Part shown: one piece after another, positions 1-8,837 of the stretch | How the letters are laid out: each line of letters starts with the position of its first letter | Position numbering within the stretch: position 1 is the first letter of the stretch | NCBI GenBank assembly: GCA_046497485.1 | Contig: JAWOFP010000021.1 | Location: forward strand, 1 to 16,317 | Length of the DNA stretch: 16,317 nucleotides | DNA from: Candidatus Nanohaloarchaea archaeon | GTDB lineage: Archaea; Nanohalarchaeota; Nanosalinia; Nanosalinales; Nanosalinaceae | Reading direction: 5' to 3' | Notes under the pieces: model-generated | Told to the model about the DNA's origin: nothing | Database searches by the model: none | Seen by the model: the letters and a program-made list of their open reading frames with translations, nothing else | Position numbers and translations under genes: made by a program

Positions 1-266
1 ATTGAGGCCTCAGTCTTTGAATGAATCCATTCATTATCCTTTCTAACCCATTCTCCGACTTTTCTCAAGTCTTTGCAGTAAGAAGAGTATTTCCTGTTTC
101 CAGGCTTCGCAACTAATTGTGTATTACCGTCATAGTAGATCTCATATTCTCCTCCTGAAGGTCCGGTAACTTTCATCTCCTCCTCTTTCACCTCTTCAAC
201 TGTTAGAGGAGTCTTCCTATCGCTGAACAGGATTTTATCACCTTCCTCAAATTTTTCAAATTTCAC
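1..266 (-). CDS. Hypothetical protein, 3'-truncated by the window edge (MKFEKFEEGDKILFSDRKTPLTVEEVKEEEMKVTGPSGGEYEIYYDG...)
   Basis: Not in the ORF track. Manual translation gives an open frame from GTG at 266 to the window edge. The start overlaps the end of the DUF1405 gene by 11 bp, which suggests coupling. The product is acidic and probably beta-rich. Confidence 0.7.
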   Translation of the reverse strand, partial: MKFEKFEEGDKILFSDRKTPLTVEEVKEEEMKVTGPSGGEYEIYYDGNTQLVAKPGNRKYSSYCKDLRKVGEWVRKDNEWIHSKTEAS

Positions 267-843
267 GAAACTTGTTTAGGATATCATCTTTTTGAATCAA
301 TAACAGGCCTGAAACCAGCGCCAGTATACTCAGCGAATAGGCTGCAATTTTGGCTGGAAAAGTGTACTCAGTGTAAAGCTCGGTATGCGTTCCGAAGGTA
401 TAATCTATGAAGTCATTAAATTTATACCAGAGAAAAGCCCCAACTAGAGCTTTCAGACCAATATTCTCCCATTTGAACAGTAAGAAGGCCTGTATAGCCA
501 TCGCAAAATGAGAGATTAACATAAAGCTGTATAGAGCGATAGAGTTACCAGTGAAAAATATCTCTGAGTAATAAGTTATGCAGAATACTGTCCAAAGCCC
601 GTACTTGAAGTTAGAGATAAATGCTAGAGCATCCAGAGCTGGAAGGCCTCTATTATCCGCATTTAGATATAATGAGACTGCGAAAAGTAGTGTTGCAATA
701 GGAGAAGCAGGCACAAAGATCCATAGAAGCGGATCAGTTGTGAGAAGCTGGTTGCTGTAATAGTAGAATCCAAATAATGTTCCAAGTAAGTTGACTATAG
801 CTATCAAATACAGAACCTTTCTTTCAAATATTTTCTCCAGCAT
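256..843 (-). CDS. DUF1405 (YpjA-like) integral membrane protein
   Basis: Multi-TM protein carrying the family-type motifs NLLGTLFGFYYY..QL, W.FVP(A/D)SP.AT, KYGLWT, SH.AM..QA and ND..DY..G.H. Confidence 0.8.
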   Translation of the reverse strand: MLEKIFERKVLYLIAIVNLLGTLFGFYYYSNQLLTTDPLLWIFVPASPIATLLFAVSLYLNADNRGLPALDALAFISNFKYGLWTVFCITYYSEIFFTGNSIALYSFMLISHFAMAIQAFLLFKWENIGLKALVGAFLWYKFNDFIDYTFGTHTELYTEYTFPAKIAAYSLSILALVSGLLLIQKDDILNKFREI

Positions 844-897
844 TAAATGAAAGTTGAGGCCTTAGTGTTTGTAAAAATATCTCCCACATCTTGATTT

Positions 898-1878
898 ATG
901 AGTTTGATAAAAGCAGAGAATCTTTCGAAGACCTTCAAGATTTACAGTCAAGGCGAGGGAATTAGAGGCTATCTGAAATCTTTTGTGAAAAGAGATTATG
1001 AAGAGGTTCACGCGGTAGAAGGCCTGAATCTAGAGATTGATAGCGGTGAGATGATCGGCTATATCGGATCAAATGGTGCTGGAAAGTCAACTACTGTTAA
1101 GATGCTGACAGGAATTCTTGAACCAAGTTCGGGAGAGATTGAGGTTGATAAGAGAGATCCTCACAAGCATAGAAAGAAGAACGCGATGAATATCGGAGTA
1201 GTCTTCGGACAAAAAACTCAGCTCTGGTGGGATCTACCTGTAAAAGAATCATTCAAGCTTCTGAAGGAAATCTATGAGGTCTCAGACAAGGCCTACGATG
1301 AGAGAATTGAGGAGTTCAATGAAGTTCTGCAGCTGGATGAGTTCTGGGAACAACCAGTAAGAAAGCTTTCACTGGGTCAGAAGATGCGATGTGAACTAGC
1401 CGCAGCATTTCTCCATCATCCGAAGATTGTCTATCTTGATGAACCTACTATAGGCCTGGATGTCGCAGTAAAAGAAAGAATCCGGGACTTCATCCGTAAG
1501 ATGAATGAGAATGAAAACATTACTGTAATGCTGACAACCCACGATATCGGAGACATAGAGGACCTATGTAAGAGAATCGTTGTACTGGATGAAGGAAAGA
1601 AGATTTATGATGGCTCATTGGATAAACTAGTAAACAGATTCTCTTCCCGGAGACTGGTTATGCAGGTTGAAAGGCCTGAAGACTTTGAATTAAATGTGGA
1701 CGGAGTGAAGGAAATTAAGAATACGGATGACGGCCTTGAAGTCGTGTTTGATAGAGAGGTTATTTCGGCTTCTGACCTGATGCGGATTATCTTAGAGGAT
1801 TACGAAGTCCAGGACTTCCAGATCCGGGAGCCTGATATCGAGGAAGTTGTGAAAAAGGTGTACAACGAGGGAATCTGA
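898..1878 (+). CDS. ABC-2 type exporter ATP-binding subunit
   Basis: Walker A GSNGAGKST, Q-loop GQKTQLWWDLP, signature LSLGQKMR, Walker B VYLDEPT and H-loop TTHD are all present. Confidence 0.95.
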   Translation: MSLIKAENLSKTFKIYSQGEGIRGYLKSFVKRDYEEVHAVEGLNLEIDSGEMIGYIGSNGAGKSTTVKMLTGILEPSSGEIEVDKRDPHKHRKKNAMNIGVVFGQKTQLWWDLPVKESFKLLKEIYEVSDKAYDERIEEFNEVLQLDEFWEQPVRKLSLGQKMRCELAAAFLHHPKIVYLDEPTIGLDVAVKERIRDFIRKMNENENITVMLTTHDIGDIEDLCKRIVVLDEGKKIYDGSLDKLVNRFSSRRLVMQVERPEDFELNVDGVKEIKNTDDGLEVVFDREVISASDLMRIILEDYEVQDFQIREPDIEEVVKKVYNEGI

Positions 1879-2660
1879 TGAGTCTGAAAAAGTATCTATC
1901 CTTTACCCGTGTAGGCCTGAGAGAAGGATTTCAGTACCGAGCGAATGCTTTATCTGGTATAGGCGCCACATTAATTTCCCTTGTTTTATTCTACTTCATC
2001 TGGAAGGCGATCGCAGCCTCAGGAGAGCTGGCTCAGCCTTTCTCAACTATAATCGCATATGTTGCACTGGCAAGAGTCATTGACAACGCAACCTCAGCAG
2101 ATCTGGAAAACTGGATAGGCGAAAGAGTCAGAAAAGGAACAATCGTGAATGAACTAAAGAAGCCAGCTTCTTTGAAGTTTCAGATGTATTTTTACCAACT
2201 AGGGAAGTCTTCTTTCAAACTAGTAGTTAGAGGAATACCCGCTTTAATTGTTGGAATACTTTTCCTTAATGTAGGTTTGCCAACTTTTATCGGAGGCCTC
2301 CAGTTCCTGTTTTCGATCTTTCTAACACTGAATCTAGCAATTGCATTGTCTTATACTACCTCAATGCTGGTGTTCTGGACCAAAGTAGGTTGGAGCCTCA
2401 GGATGACACGGACCATGGTAGCAGGCCTGTTCTCAGGAGCGATGATCCCTCTCTACCTTGTCCCGGACAACATCAGAGCAGTCTTCAACTTAACACCTTT
2501 CCCTTCCATGGTTGATGCCCCTATTTCAATCTATCAAGGAACTGCGGAAAGCGTTATCCAGGTATTTGGAATCCAGCTTATGTGGATAATTATACTAGCT
2601 ATCTCTTCAGAACTACTGTGGCGAAAAGCCAAGAAAAAAATCACGGTACAGGGAGGGTAA
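1878..2660 (+). CDS. ABC-2 family exporter permease (DUF990 / ABC-2_6 type)
   Basis: About 6 TM segments, motifs G.I..EL.KP and FSGA.IPL...P, and C-terminal VQGG typical of the family. TGATG overlap with the ATPase gene. Confidence 0.9.
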   Translation: MSLKKYLSFTRVGLREGFQYRANALSGIGATLISLVLFYFIWKAIAASGELAQPFSTIIAYVALARVIDNATSADLENWIGERVRKGTIVNELKKPASLKFQMYFYQLGKSSFKLVVRGIPALIVGILFLNVGLPTFIGGLQFLFSIFLTLNLAIALSYTTSMLVFWTKVGWSLRMTRTMVAGLFSGAMIPLYLVPDNIRAVFNLTPFPSMVDAPISIYQGTAESVIQVFGIQLMWIIILAISSELLWRKAKKKITVQGG

Positions 2661-2664
2661 AACC

Positions 2665-3477
2665 ATGAGAGAAAAAATTCAAGGCCTGAAAAAATATGCA
2701 ACAATCTACTGGCTTTACTTCAAACAGTACTGGAAGTCCAGACTGGTCTACAAAACAGACTTCGTACTAGGAGCATCCGCACAACTAATCAGCGTAATAG
2801 TATCTCTAGCATTCCTAACACTGGTCTTCACACAGATAGAGAATCTTCAAGGCTGGACATTCAACGAAATGCTATTCCTAGCAGGATTCGGCGGAACCGT
2901 GATATTTGCACAGAATGTATTCTTCTTCAACATAATCAGACTAGGAGAAGAATATCTAATCACAGGAGACTTCGACAGATTCCTAGTAAGGCCTCTAAAC
3001 CCATTATTCCAAGTATATGCTGATGATGTACATGATAACAATGTGCCGAAAGTGATCGCAAACCTTGCTTTAATCTTTTACGCAGGATATCAGATAGGCC
3101 TAACACCAAACCTACTGACATTAACTTATGCAGCGTTTTCGATGATGAGCGGGATGCTTGTAGCAGCCTCAATCTACCTATTGTTCTCAAGCACAGCCTT
3201 CTGGACCGGAACATCAAGAAACGCAGTCTGGCTCATATTCAGGCTCAGCAACTTCAGGAAATATCCAATAGAGATATTCGCACTGGCAATTCAAGGCCTA
3301 CTTGTAACCTTAATCCCCTTAGCTTTCGCATCGTTCTTCCCAGCATCCTACATCCTAGGAAAAGAAGGATTCGAAACATGGAAAGTTATTACGCCATTCA
3401 TAGGCCCAGTATTCTTCTACATAGCCTATAGATTCTGGAAGTTAGGCCTAGGAAATTACTCGAGTACTGGGAGTTGA
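2665..3477 (+). CDS. ABC-2 family exporter permease (second subunit)
   Basis: Motifs GW...E, GDFDRFLVRP.NPL, YP..IF, IP.AF....PA and C-terminal YSSTGS. GGAGG lies upstream of the start. Confidence 0.9.
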   Translation: MREKIQGLKKYATIYWLYFKQYWKSRLVYKTDFVLGASAQLISVIVSLAFLTLVFTQIENLQGWTFNEMLFLAGFGGTVIFAQNVFFFNIIRLGEEYLITGDFDRFLVRPLNPLFQVYADDVHDNNVPKVIANLALIFYAGYQIGLTPNLLTLTYAAFSMMSGMLVAASIYLLFSSTAFWTGTSRNAVWLIFRLSNFRKYPIEIFALAIQGLLVTLIPLAFASFFPASYILGKEGFETWKVITPFIGPVFFYIAYRFWKLGLGNYSSTGS

Positions 3478-3684
3478 TTATTTTTCTGTTCTCTCATCTA
3501 GAACGCTTAAAACAATGTCTCTATTGTTTTCAGTGTAAAGAATATTAGCTACTCCTTGATTTGATTCTGTAACAGAAATACCTAGCCCCATTTGGTCAAA
3601 GACTTCTTTTAATTCGTTGTAGAGGCCTGATTCGCCGTGTATAATGAATCTTTCTCCATCGTCCTGTATTTTGGTTATCCTCAT
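3478..3684 (-). CDS. Small hypothetical protein (68 aa)
   Basis: ATG start, acidic composition, fills the gap between genes. A TATA-like element lies about 25-30 bp upstream. Confidence 0.6.
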   Translation of the reverse strand: MRITKIQDDGERFIIHGESGLYNELKEVFDQMGLGISVTESNQGVANILYTENNRDIVLSVLDERTEK

Positions 3685-3707
3685 AACTTGGTTTGGAAGG
3701 CCTGAAA

Positions 3708-3714
3708 TTTATAT
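3708..3714 (-). promoter_or_regulatory. Putative TATA box (ATATAAA) for the leaderless 68-aa gene
   Basis: Located 24-30 bp upstream of ATG 3684, the spacing expected for an archaeal leaderless transcript. Confidence 0.45.
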
Positions 3715-3763
3715 CGTGTAGATTTTTCTAAAGATTCAAAAGATATCGGCTTAAACAGAAGTT

Positions 3764-4135
3764 ATGGAGATAAGGCCTGAACTAGAAGATCTGAATATTT
3801 TCCATTATCTCGGGATTCTAGCAGCAATTATTTCAGGGTTTATCCATCTCTACTTAGTGCCTTCTATAGGCCTCGGTCCGCTAGGAATAGGTTTCCTGGT
3901 CGCAGGTCTTGGATTCTTTGCAGGATCTTTAGCCATACTTTATAATTTCAAGAGAAGTCTAACCTATCTTCTTGGAATTCCTTTTACAGCCGGACAGATA
4001 ATTCTATGGTACTACTTGAACAAGCCTTCACTAGAGCTTTTCCTGAAGGGAAAGCCTTTACTGGATTTCATCGATAAAGTTTCACAAACCCTGCTTCTAG
4101 CAGTTCTTATATATCTCTACTTTGAAGGTGAATAA
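3764..4135 (+). CDS. Small membrane protein of a haloarchaeal-type family (about 4 TM)
   Basis: Motifs H.LG..AA.ISG.IHL.L, F..AG.GF, Y.LGIPFT..QI..W and DKV.Q resemble conserved haloarchaeal hypothetical membrane proteins. Confidence 0.7.
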   Translation: MEIRPELEDLNIFHYLGILAAIISGFIHLYLVPSIGLGPLGIGFLVAGLGFFAGSLAILYNFKRSLTYLLGIPFTAGQIILWYYLNKPSLELFLKGKPLLDFIDKVSQTLLLAVLIYLYFEGE

Positions 4136-4137
4136 TT

Positions 4138-5016
4138 ATAGCATTTACAGGCCTGATCCTCGCTTCACTGACTGCAGTATTCAAATCATCTTCAGAGATC
4201 CTCTCAAAATATACTTTAGTTGAAGAATTAAACGAATACACAGTTTCTTGGAGCCAGAGATTCTTCGCTTTACCCATATTGGCATTAGCTATCTTAATTT
4301 TTGGCATTCCCTCTCTTTCCAGTAATTTCTGGATGGCTATAAGTTTTGATGTTCCAGCAGGAGTTGCTGCGACAGTCCTCTACATGAAAGCGATTAAGGC
4401 CTCGGATATCTCTCTGATGTCTCCACTGGCTGCAATCTCTCCCGCATTAGTCCTTGTTTCTTCCCCTTTCATTGTTCAGGAGTTTCCATCGGTCCTGGGA
4501 CTGATAGGCGTAATGGTCACGACTGTAGGCCTGTATATCCTGAAATTAAATAAGATAGATCGAGACTGGTCGGCTCCGATAAGAAGTTTGTTTCACGAAG
4601 ATGGCTCAAAGTTCATGGTCGGGATGCTTTTAATCTATGCTATTTCGGCACCGGTCGGAAAACTTGGTGTAGAGGCTTCTTCACCTGTAATGTACAGCAC
4701 AGCACTTCATATAGGCCAGATCCTTTTTCTCACTCCTTTAATGATCTTCAAATCACGCAAGTGGAAAAATGAAGTTAGAAATAATGGGAAAGCACTAGCA
4801 GGAATAGGCCTTTTGTCAGGAGCGGCTTCAGTAATTCAGATGGCTGCCTACACCTACACACTAGTCGTTTACGTAATAGCAATCAAGAGATCCGGTATTT
4901 TGATCTCAACTCTGGTCGGAGGAAAAATATTTGACGAGGAACATGTCAAACAGAGATTAATAGGCGCCACGATAATTTTACTGGGCCTAATACTAGTTGC
5001 ATTAACTCAGGCCTAA
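4138..5016 (+). CDS. EamA/DMT-family transporter (real start probably ATA 4138 or ATT 4135, not TTG 4279)
   Basis: Two EamA repeats (A.K...IS...PL....P..E, and a C-terminal F.E.....R..GA..I..G). The frame is open from 4132 and encodes the TM1 and TM2 missing from the track ORF. SD-like GAAGGTGA at 4124-4131. Confidence 0.85.
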   Translation: MAFTGLILASLTAVFKSSSEILSKYTLVEELNEYTVSWSQRFFALPILALAILIFGIPSLSSNFWMAISFDVPAGVAATVLYMKAIKASDISLMSPLAAISPALVLVSSPFIVQEFPSVLGLIGVMVTTVGLYILKLNKIDRDWSAPIRSLFHEDGSKFMVGMLLIYAISAPVGKLGVEASSPVMYSTALHIGQILFLTPLMIFKSRKWKNEVRNNGKALAGIGLLSGAASVIQMAAYTYTLVVYVIAIKRSGILISTLVGGKIFDEEHVKQRLIGATIILLGLILVALTQA

Positions 5017-5017
5017 C

Positions 5018-5899
5018 CTATTCCTCCATCTTATCTATATCCTCGAACTCATCCTCTAAATCTTCTAGCTCCGAGCTTATGTCTGAGGCCTTGTTCCACG
5101 CGTTCTTTAAATGTGTATCGTAGTAGGTGTTCCAGTTACTTCTGATTCTCGATAGTTTGTTACCGATTGTCTGAATGTTTTCCTGTACTTCTTCAGCTTT
5201 CTCTGAAAGCTGTTTGGTCTTGACATCAGACTTAATCAGTTCCAGTTTATGGCCTAATGTGAGCGGGGAAACCACCTGGACACCTTTCTTGGTGTATCTG
5301 TTCAGTAATTCATATTCCTCCTTCACAAGATAATAGTATACTCTTTCGGAAGGTACGAACTCAAAGGCGTACTCTGCTGTTCCTTCTTCGGGCCTCACAT
5401 ACTTTCTCTCTATCTCTTTCAACTGTTTTTCTACATCGTTCCTGAACTTTCTCCTGTAGTTCGCATCTTTGTCCTCTTCATCCATTAATCGTTCAAAGTT
5501 ATCCAACGGGAACTTGGAGTCAATTATTATGTTTCCCTGTGAGCTTCTTATGTAAGCATCCGGAGTCTTCCCATCAACTACTCTTTCCCGAATCCCATAC
5601 ATAGAAGTAGGGAGGTGGTCCTCTAACAAGGCCTCAAGCTTAACCTCTCCGAACTCACCTCTTTCCCTCGGGTTCTTCATCATAGTTTCCAAGTCAGTGT
5701 GCAAATCCTTGATCTCGGAAACCTGGTTTTCAATCTGGCCGATCTCCTTATCCAACCTCAGATCTCGCCAGGACTCGCTGACTGCCCCTCTAACTTTGTC
5801 AGGATCCACTTCAATTTCCGGATCCTCATCGTTCAACTGTAAGTATAGAATTGCTCCAAGTAAAGTTATCGCGACTAGAAGTAGGCCTATCTCGATCAT
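5018..5899 (-). CDS. rmuC: DNA recombination protein RmuC
   Basis: N-terminal TM anchor, coiled coil, RGEFGE..LE motif, PD-(D/E)xK core PDAYI...IIIDSKFP, FVPSE and VSP.TL. Confidence 0.92.
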   Translation of the reverse strand: MIEIGLLLVAITLLGAILYLQLNDEDPEIEVDPDKVRGAVSESWRDLRLDKEIGQIENQVSEIKDLHTDLETMMKNPRERGEFGEVKLEALLEDHLPTSMYGIRERVVDGKTPDAYIRSSQGNIIIDSKFPLDNFERLMDEEDKDANYRRKFRNDVEKQLKEIERKYVRPEEGTAEYAFEFVPSERVYYYLVKEEYELLNRYTKKGVQVVSPLTLGHKLELIKSDVKTKQLSEKAEEVQENIQTIGNKLSRIRSNWNTYYDTHLKNAWNKASDISSELEDLEDEFEDIDKMEE

Positions 5900-5917
5900 A
5901 AGAAGTATTTGGAGAAA

Positions 5918-5932
5918 TGAAAGTAAAAAAGA
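5918..5932 (-). terminator. T-rich tract after secY; it may also serve as the TATA element of a leaderless rmuC
   Basis: The minus strand reads TAA-accaatctcTTTTTTacTTTc. The T run lies 26-31 bp upstream of the rmuC ATG. Confidence 0.45.
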
Positions 5933-5939
5933 GATTGGT

Positions 5940-7364
5940 TTACTGGAAGAAGTCCTTCATAGCAGGATGTAATTCTTCCATGTGTTTCTGAGCGAGCTGC
6001 TCGTAAAGCCTGTACAGGATCATTACTGTTAGCAGGATTCCCATTCCTCCTCCTGCAGCTCTGAATATGTCTGCTGTAGCTGCAATGAATCCGACTGAAG
6101 CTCCAGCTACGATTACTAGAGGCGGAATATATCTATCTAGTACTTTCTTGATCACTCGCTTGTCCTTTCTGAATCCTGGTACTTTCATACCTGTGTCTTG
6201 AATCTGGTCAGCTACCGCATCTGAGTCCTGGCCGGTAGTCTTCGCCCAAAATATTGAGAATATAGCTGCGCCTGCAGTGTATATCAGTATATAGAATAGT
6301 ACATGTAATACATCAAATCCTGTTACTGCTAGATCGCCTGTAACTCCTCCGACTAATAGGTTCTCTACGAAGTCTGCTGGAGGATTAACTAGGTAAACTA
6401 ACCCATCTGTTGGCTGTCCCTGTGAGTCGAAGCATCCTAATGGAGAGCAGTTAGTTACATCGTCAGCCGCTATTGTTCCTATAATCTGCATGTTAGCGAT
6501 CAATGCCGATACGAAAATTACGGGCATAACGCTTGTGTAGAAGAATTTCAGAGGCCATTTCTGTCCAAATCCTCTAACGTTACCGAATGTCAATGGGATT
6601 TCGACTTTCATTCCTTGGAGGTAGACCACTCCTGCGAATACGGCGATAGTTGAGAATATTACTAGGCCTGATTCTACGCTCTGCGTCATCAGGAACTCAA
6701 ATACCTGTCCCTGTGGTGCCGCAGATGTTTCCCAGAAGAATCCTGATCCTGTACCTGTCTCTGCGTTACCTGCTGCAAACGGTGAGAACAGTTGCGTCAT
6801 GATTCCTTTTGAGACTCCTCCTGCGATGAAGAGTCCTACTCCTGATCCGAATCCCCATTTCTGTACGAGGTCGTCCATCAGGATTACGAGCCATCCTCCT
6901 GCCGTGATCTGTCCTGTTATGAGGAAAAGTAGCATTGGGTCGCCTGCAACGCTTCCAAATGTGCCTGACATTGTGAAACCTAAGGCCTGTACTACTGTGA
7001 GGCCGTAGGCAAGCATCTTCTGAGCGGCCTGGAACTTCTGCTTTCCTTCCTGTGAATCAGTGTTCCATCCAAGAAGTTCGGATCCTACCATCATCTGTAA
7101 GACAATCGATGCTGTAACTATAGGTCCAATACCCAGTGTAATAAGCGACCCAATATTAGATCCTAGAAGTGTCTGAAAAGTACGAAGCTGTTGAATCGCG
7201 GTTTCTACCTGTTGGGCGTCTGCCGCGTAAATCGGTATTTCAGAAAGTAAAAAGTATAGTAATAGCGTTATTCCTGTCCAGATCAGCATCTGTTTTAATG
7301 TCTGTTCTTTGTCCGGATTCTCTACTGTCGGAAGATACTGCGCTGCCTGGAACCAGGATACCAT
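5940..7364 (-). CDS. secY: Preprotein translocase subunit SecY (Sec61 alpha)
   Basis: Motifs GSLITLGIGPIVTASIVLQ, KWGFGSGVGLFIA, PLKFFYTSVMP.I and PGFRKD, about 10 TM segments, canonical position after uL15. Confidence 0.98.
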   Translation of the reverse strand: MVSWFQAAQYLPTVENPDKEQTLKQMLIWTGITLLLYFLLSEIPIYAADAQQVETAIQQLRTFQTLLGSNIGSLITLGIGPIVTASIVLQMMVGSELLGWNTDSQEGKQKFQAAQKMLAYGLTVVQALGFTMSGTFGSVAGDPMLLFLITGQITAGGWLVILMDDLVQKWGFGSGVGLFIAGGVSKGIMTQLFSPFAAGNAETGTGSGFFWETSAAPQGQVFEFLMTQSVESGLVIFSTIAVFAGVVYLQGMKVEIPLTFGNVRGFGQKWPLKFFYTSVMPVIFVSALIANMQIIGTIAADDVTNCSPLGCFDSQGQPTDGLVYLVNPPADFVENLLVGGVTGDLAVTGFDVLHVLFYILIYTAGAAIFSIFWAKTTGQDSDAVADQIQDTGMKVPGFRKDKRVIKKVLDRYIPPLVIVAGASVGFIAATADIFRAAGGGMGILLTVMILYRLYEQLAQKHMEELHPAMKDFFQ

Positions 7365-7399
7365 AGTTAGTCTTTAACCTCTACCATTGAAATAAGCAT

Positions 7400-7822
7400 T
7401 TATTTCTCTACTGCTTCTCCGTCTGCTTCCTCAATCTTTCTCTCAGCAGAACTGGAAAAGCTTTCAGCATGGATTTCTACCTCTTTGTTCAAGTGGCCTT
7501 TACCAAGGACTTTGTCGTAACCCAGATCATCTAAATCCAGTACGTAAGCTCCGTCCTCTTCTGTTGCGAGGCCTTCCTCAACCATGTCGTCGATTCTCTG
7601 GTCGATATCTCTGAGGTTGATTGCGTTCTGCTCAGGCTGTCGGGAGCTGAATCCTTCTTCTCCTAGACTCTGAACTCCTTCTTCTGTCAGTCTTTTTGAC
7701 TGTCCTTTCTTACCTGATCCTGCGTTTCCTTTTCCACCGCGGTTTCCTGCTCCTCTGTTCTTCTTTGAGGACCCATATCCATGGCTTCCGGACTTATTCT
7801 TCTTTGATCTTCTCTTAGTCAT
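7400..7822 (-). CDS. rpl15: 50S ribosomal protein uL15
   Basis: SHGYG..K..RGAGNRGG.G.AG, INL, YDKVLGKG and FS.SA..KIE.A.G motifs. Confidence 0.96.
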   Translation of the reverse strand: MTKRRSKKNKSGSHGYGSSKKNRGAGNRGGKGNAGSGKKGQSKRLTEEGVQSLGEEGFSSRQPEQNAINLRDIDQRIDDMVEEGLATEEDGAYVLDLDDLGYDKVLGKGHLNKEVEIHAESFSSSAERKIEEADGEAVEK

Positions 7823-8166
7823 TATACCATCCTCTCTATAAGTTCGTCAATGTTCTCATGATTTCCAAGGCTTCCGCCCTGATTAACATTCTTTCTCGTG
7901 TTTCTAAATCCTTTACTTGGAGGCCTTGCACTGATTGTCTCTCCTACTTCAGCATTACCATATCGTTCTTCAAGCTTCTCAACTGTCTCTTCACTGACTT
8001 CTCCATATGCGATGAAATCTTTTGCCTTGTTCAACATTCCTCTGATAGACTCTGTGTCTTCATAAAGCCTAATCTGATTCCTGTTCTCTAGGCCTAGATT
8101 CGTCATCGTATCCTTGATTGGCTTTGGAACATCTACATTTCCTCTTACTTTTACTGCTGCAATCAT
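7822..8166 (-). CDS. rpl30: 50S ribosomal protein uL30 (short archaeal form)
   Basis: MIAAVKVRG, GML.K.KD.IAYGE, PP.KGF, G.LG and I.ELIERM motifs; synteny. Confidence 0.93.
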   Translation of the reverse strand: MIAAVKVRGNVDVPKPIKDTMTNLGLENRNQIRLYEDTESIRGMLNKAKDFIAYGEVSEETVEKLEERYGNAEVGETISARPPSKGFRNTRKNVNQGGSLGNHENIDELIERMV

Positions 8167-8837
8167 TGTGCTTCTACCTCTTCTCTTGTCTTCATTTCTG
8201 TAAGTTTTTCAAGCGCGTTAAATGTTGCTCTTGTCAGATTCTCTCTGGTCCTTGTTGTTCCTCTGGTCTTTACCCAGATGTTTTCAATTCCTGCAAGCTC
8301 CATGATCTTTTTGACCTCATCGCTGCATGCGAGGCCTGTTCCTCTTGGAGCAGGTTTAAGCTCTACTGTAACTGAACCTGATTTTCCTTCTACTGCGTAT
8401 GGAATGCTTGAGTTGTCTTCGCCTGTGTCTTCCCATGATCCGTTGCCTTTAGGCACTTTGATCAAGTTAAGCTTGGCTTCTCTGTTTGCATCATCGATTG
8501 ATGCTCTAGTATCTTCAGACTCTCCTGTTCCTAATCCGATTACACGGTTTCTGTCGCCCAGTACTGTCATGGCGTTACTTGAGTATCTTGCTCCCGACTT
8601 ATGCATTCTAGCTGTTCTCTTGGAGACTGTACGTCTTTTGCCTCCTCCTTTTCCTGGGGTTCCTCCAATCAGGATTACTTCTTCGTCTAGGTCTACTAGC
8701 TGGTCTACGAGTTCAGGCTCCATAATAGGCCTTTCGTAGTCTAGTGCTTCTACTATATCTGTGATTTCTCCGTTTGCTACCTTCTTCCCAAGCTTTGTTT
8801 TGGGCTTCCAGATCTCTTCACTTTCCTGTTCTGCCAT
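8163..8837 (-). CDS. rps5: 30S ribosomal protein uS5
   Basis: W.PKT.LG..V, E...VD.L, GSWE, G.SGSV.V.L.PAPRGTGL, LAGI..W and N..RATF.AL motifs. Confidence 0.97.
   Translation of the reverse strand: MAEQESEEIWKPKTKLGKKVANGEITDIVEALDYERPIMEPELVDQLVDLDEEVILIGGTPGKGGGKRRTVSKRTARMHKSGARYSSNAMTVLGDRNRVIGLGTGESEDTRASIDDANREAKLNLIKVPKGNGSWEDTGEDNSSIPYAVEGKSGSVTVELKPAPRGTGLACSDEVKKIMELAGIENIWVKTRGTTRTRENLTRATFNALEKLTEMKTREEVEAQ

Noticed and set aside
578..5972. Short overlapping ORFs 578-760, 2847-3041, 2960-3217, 4107-4307 and 5697-5972
   Set aside because: They lie antisense to confident genes, are not acidic, and have no supporting signals.
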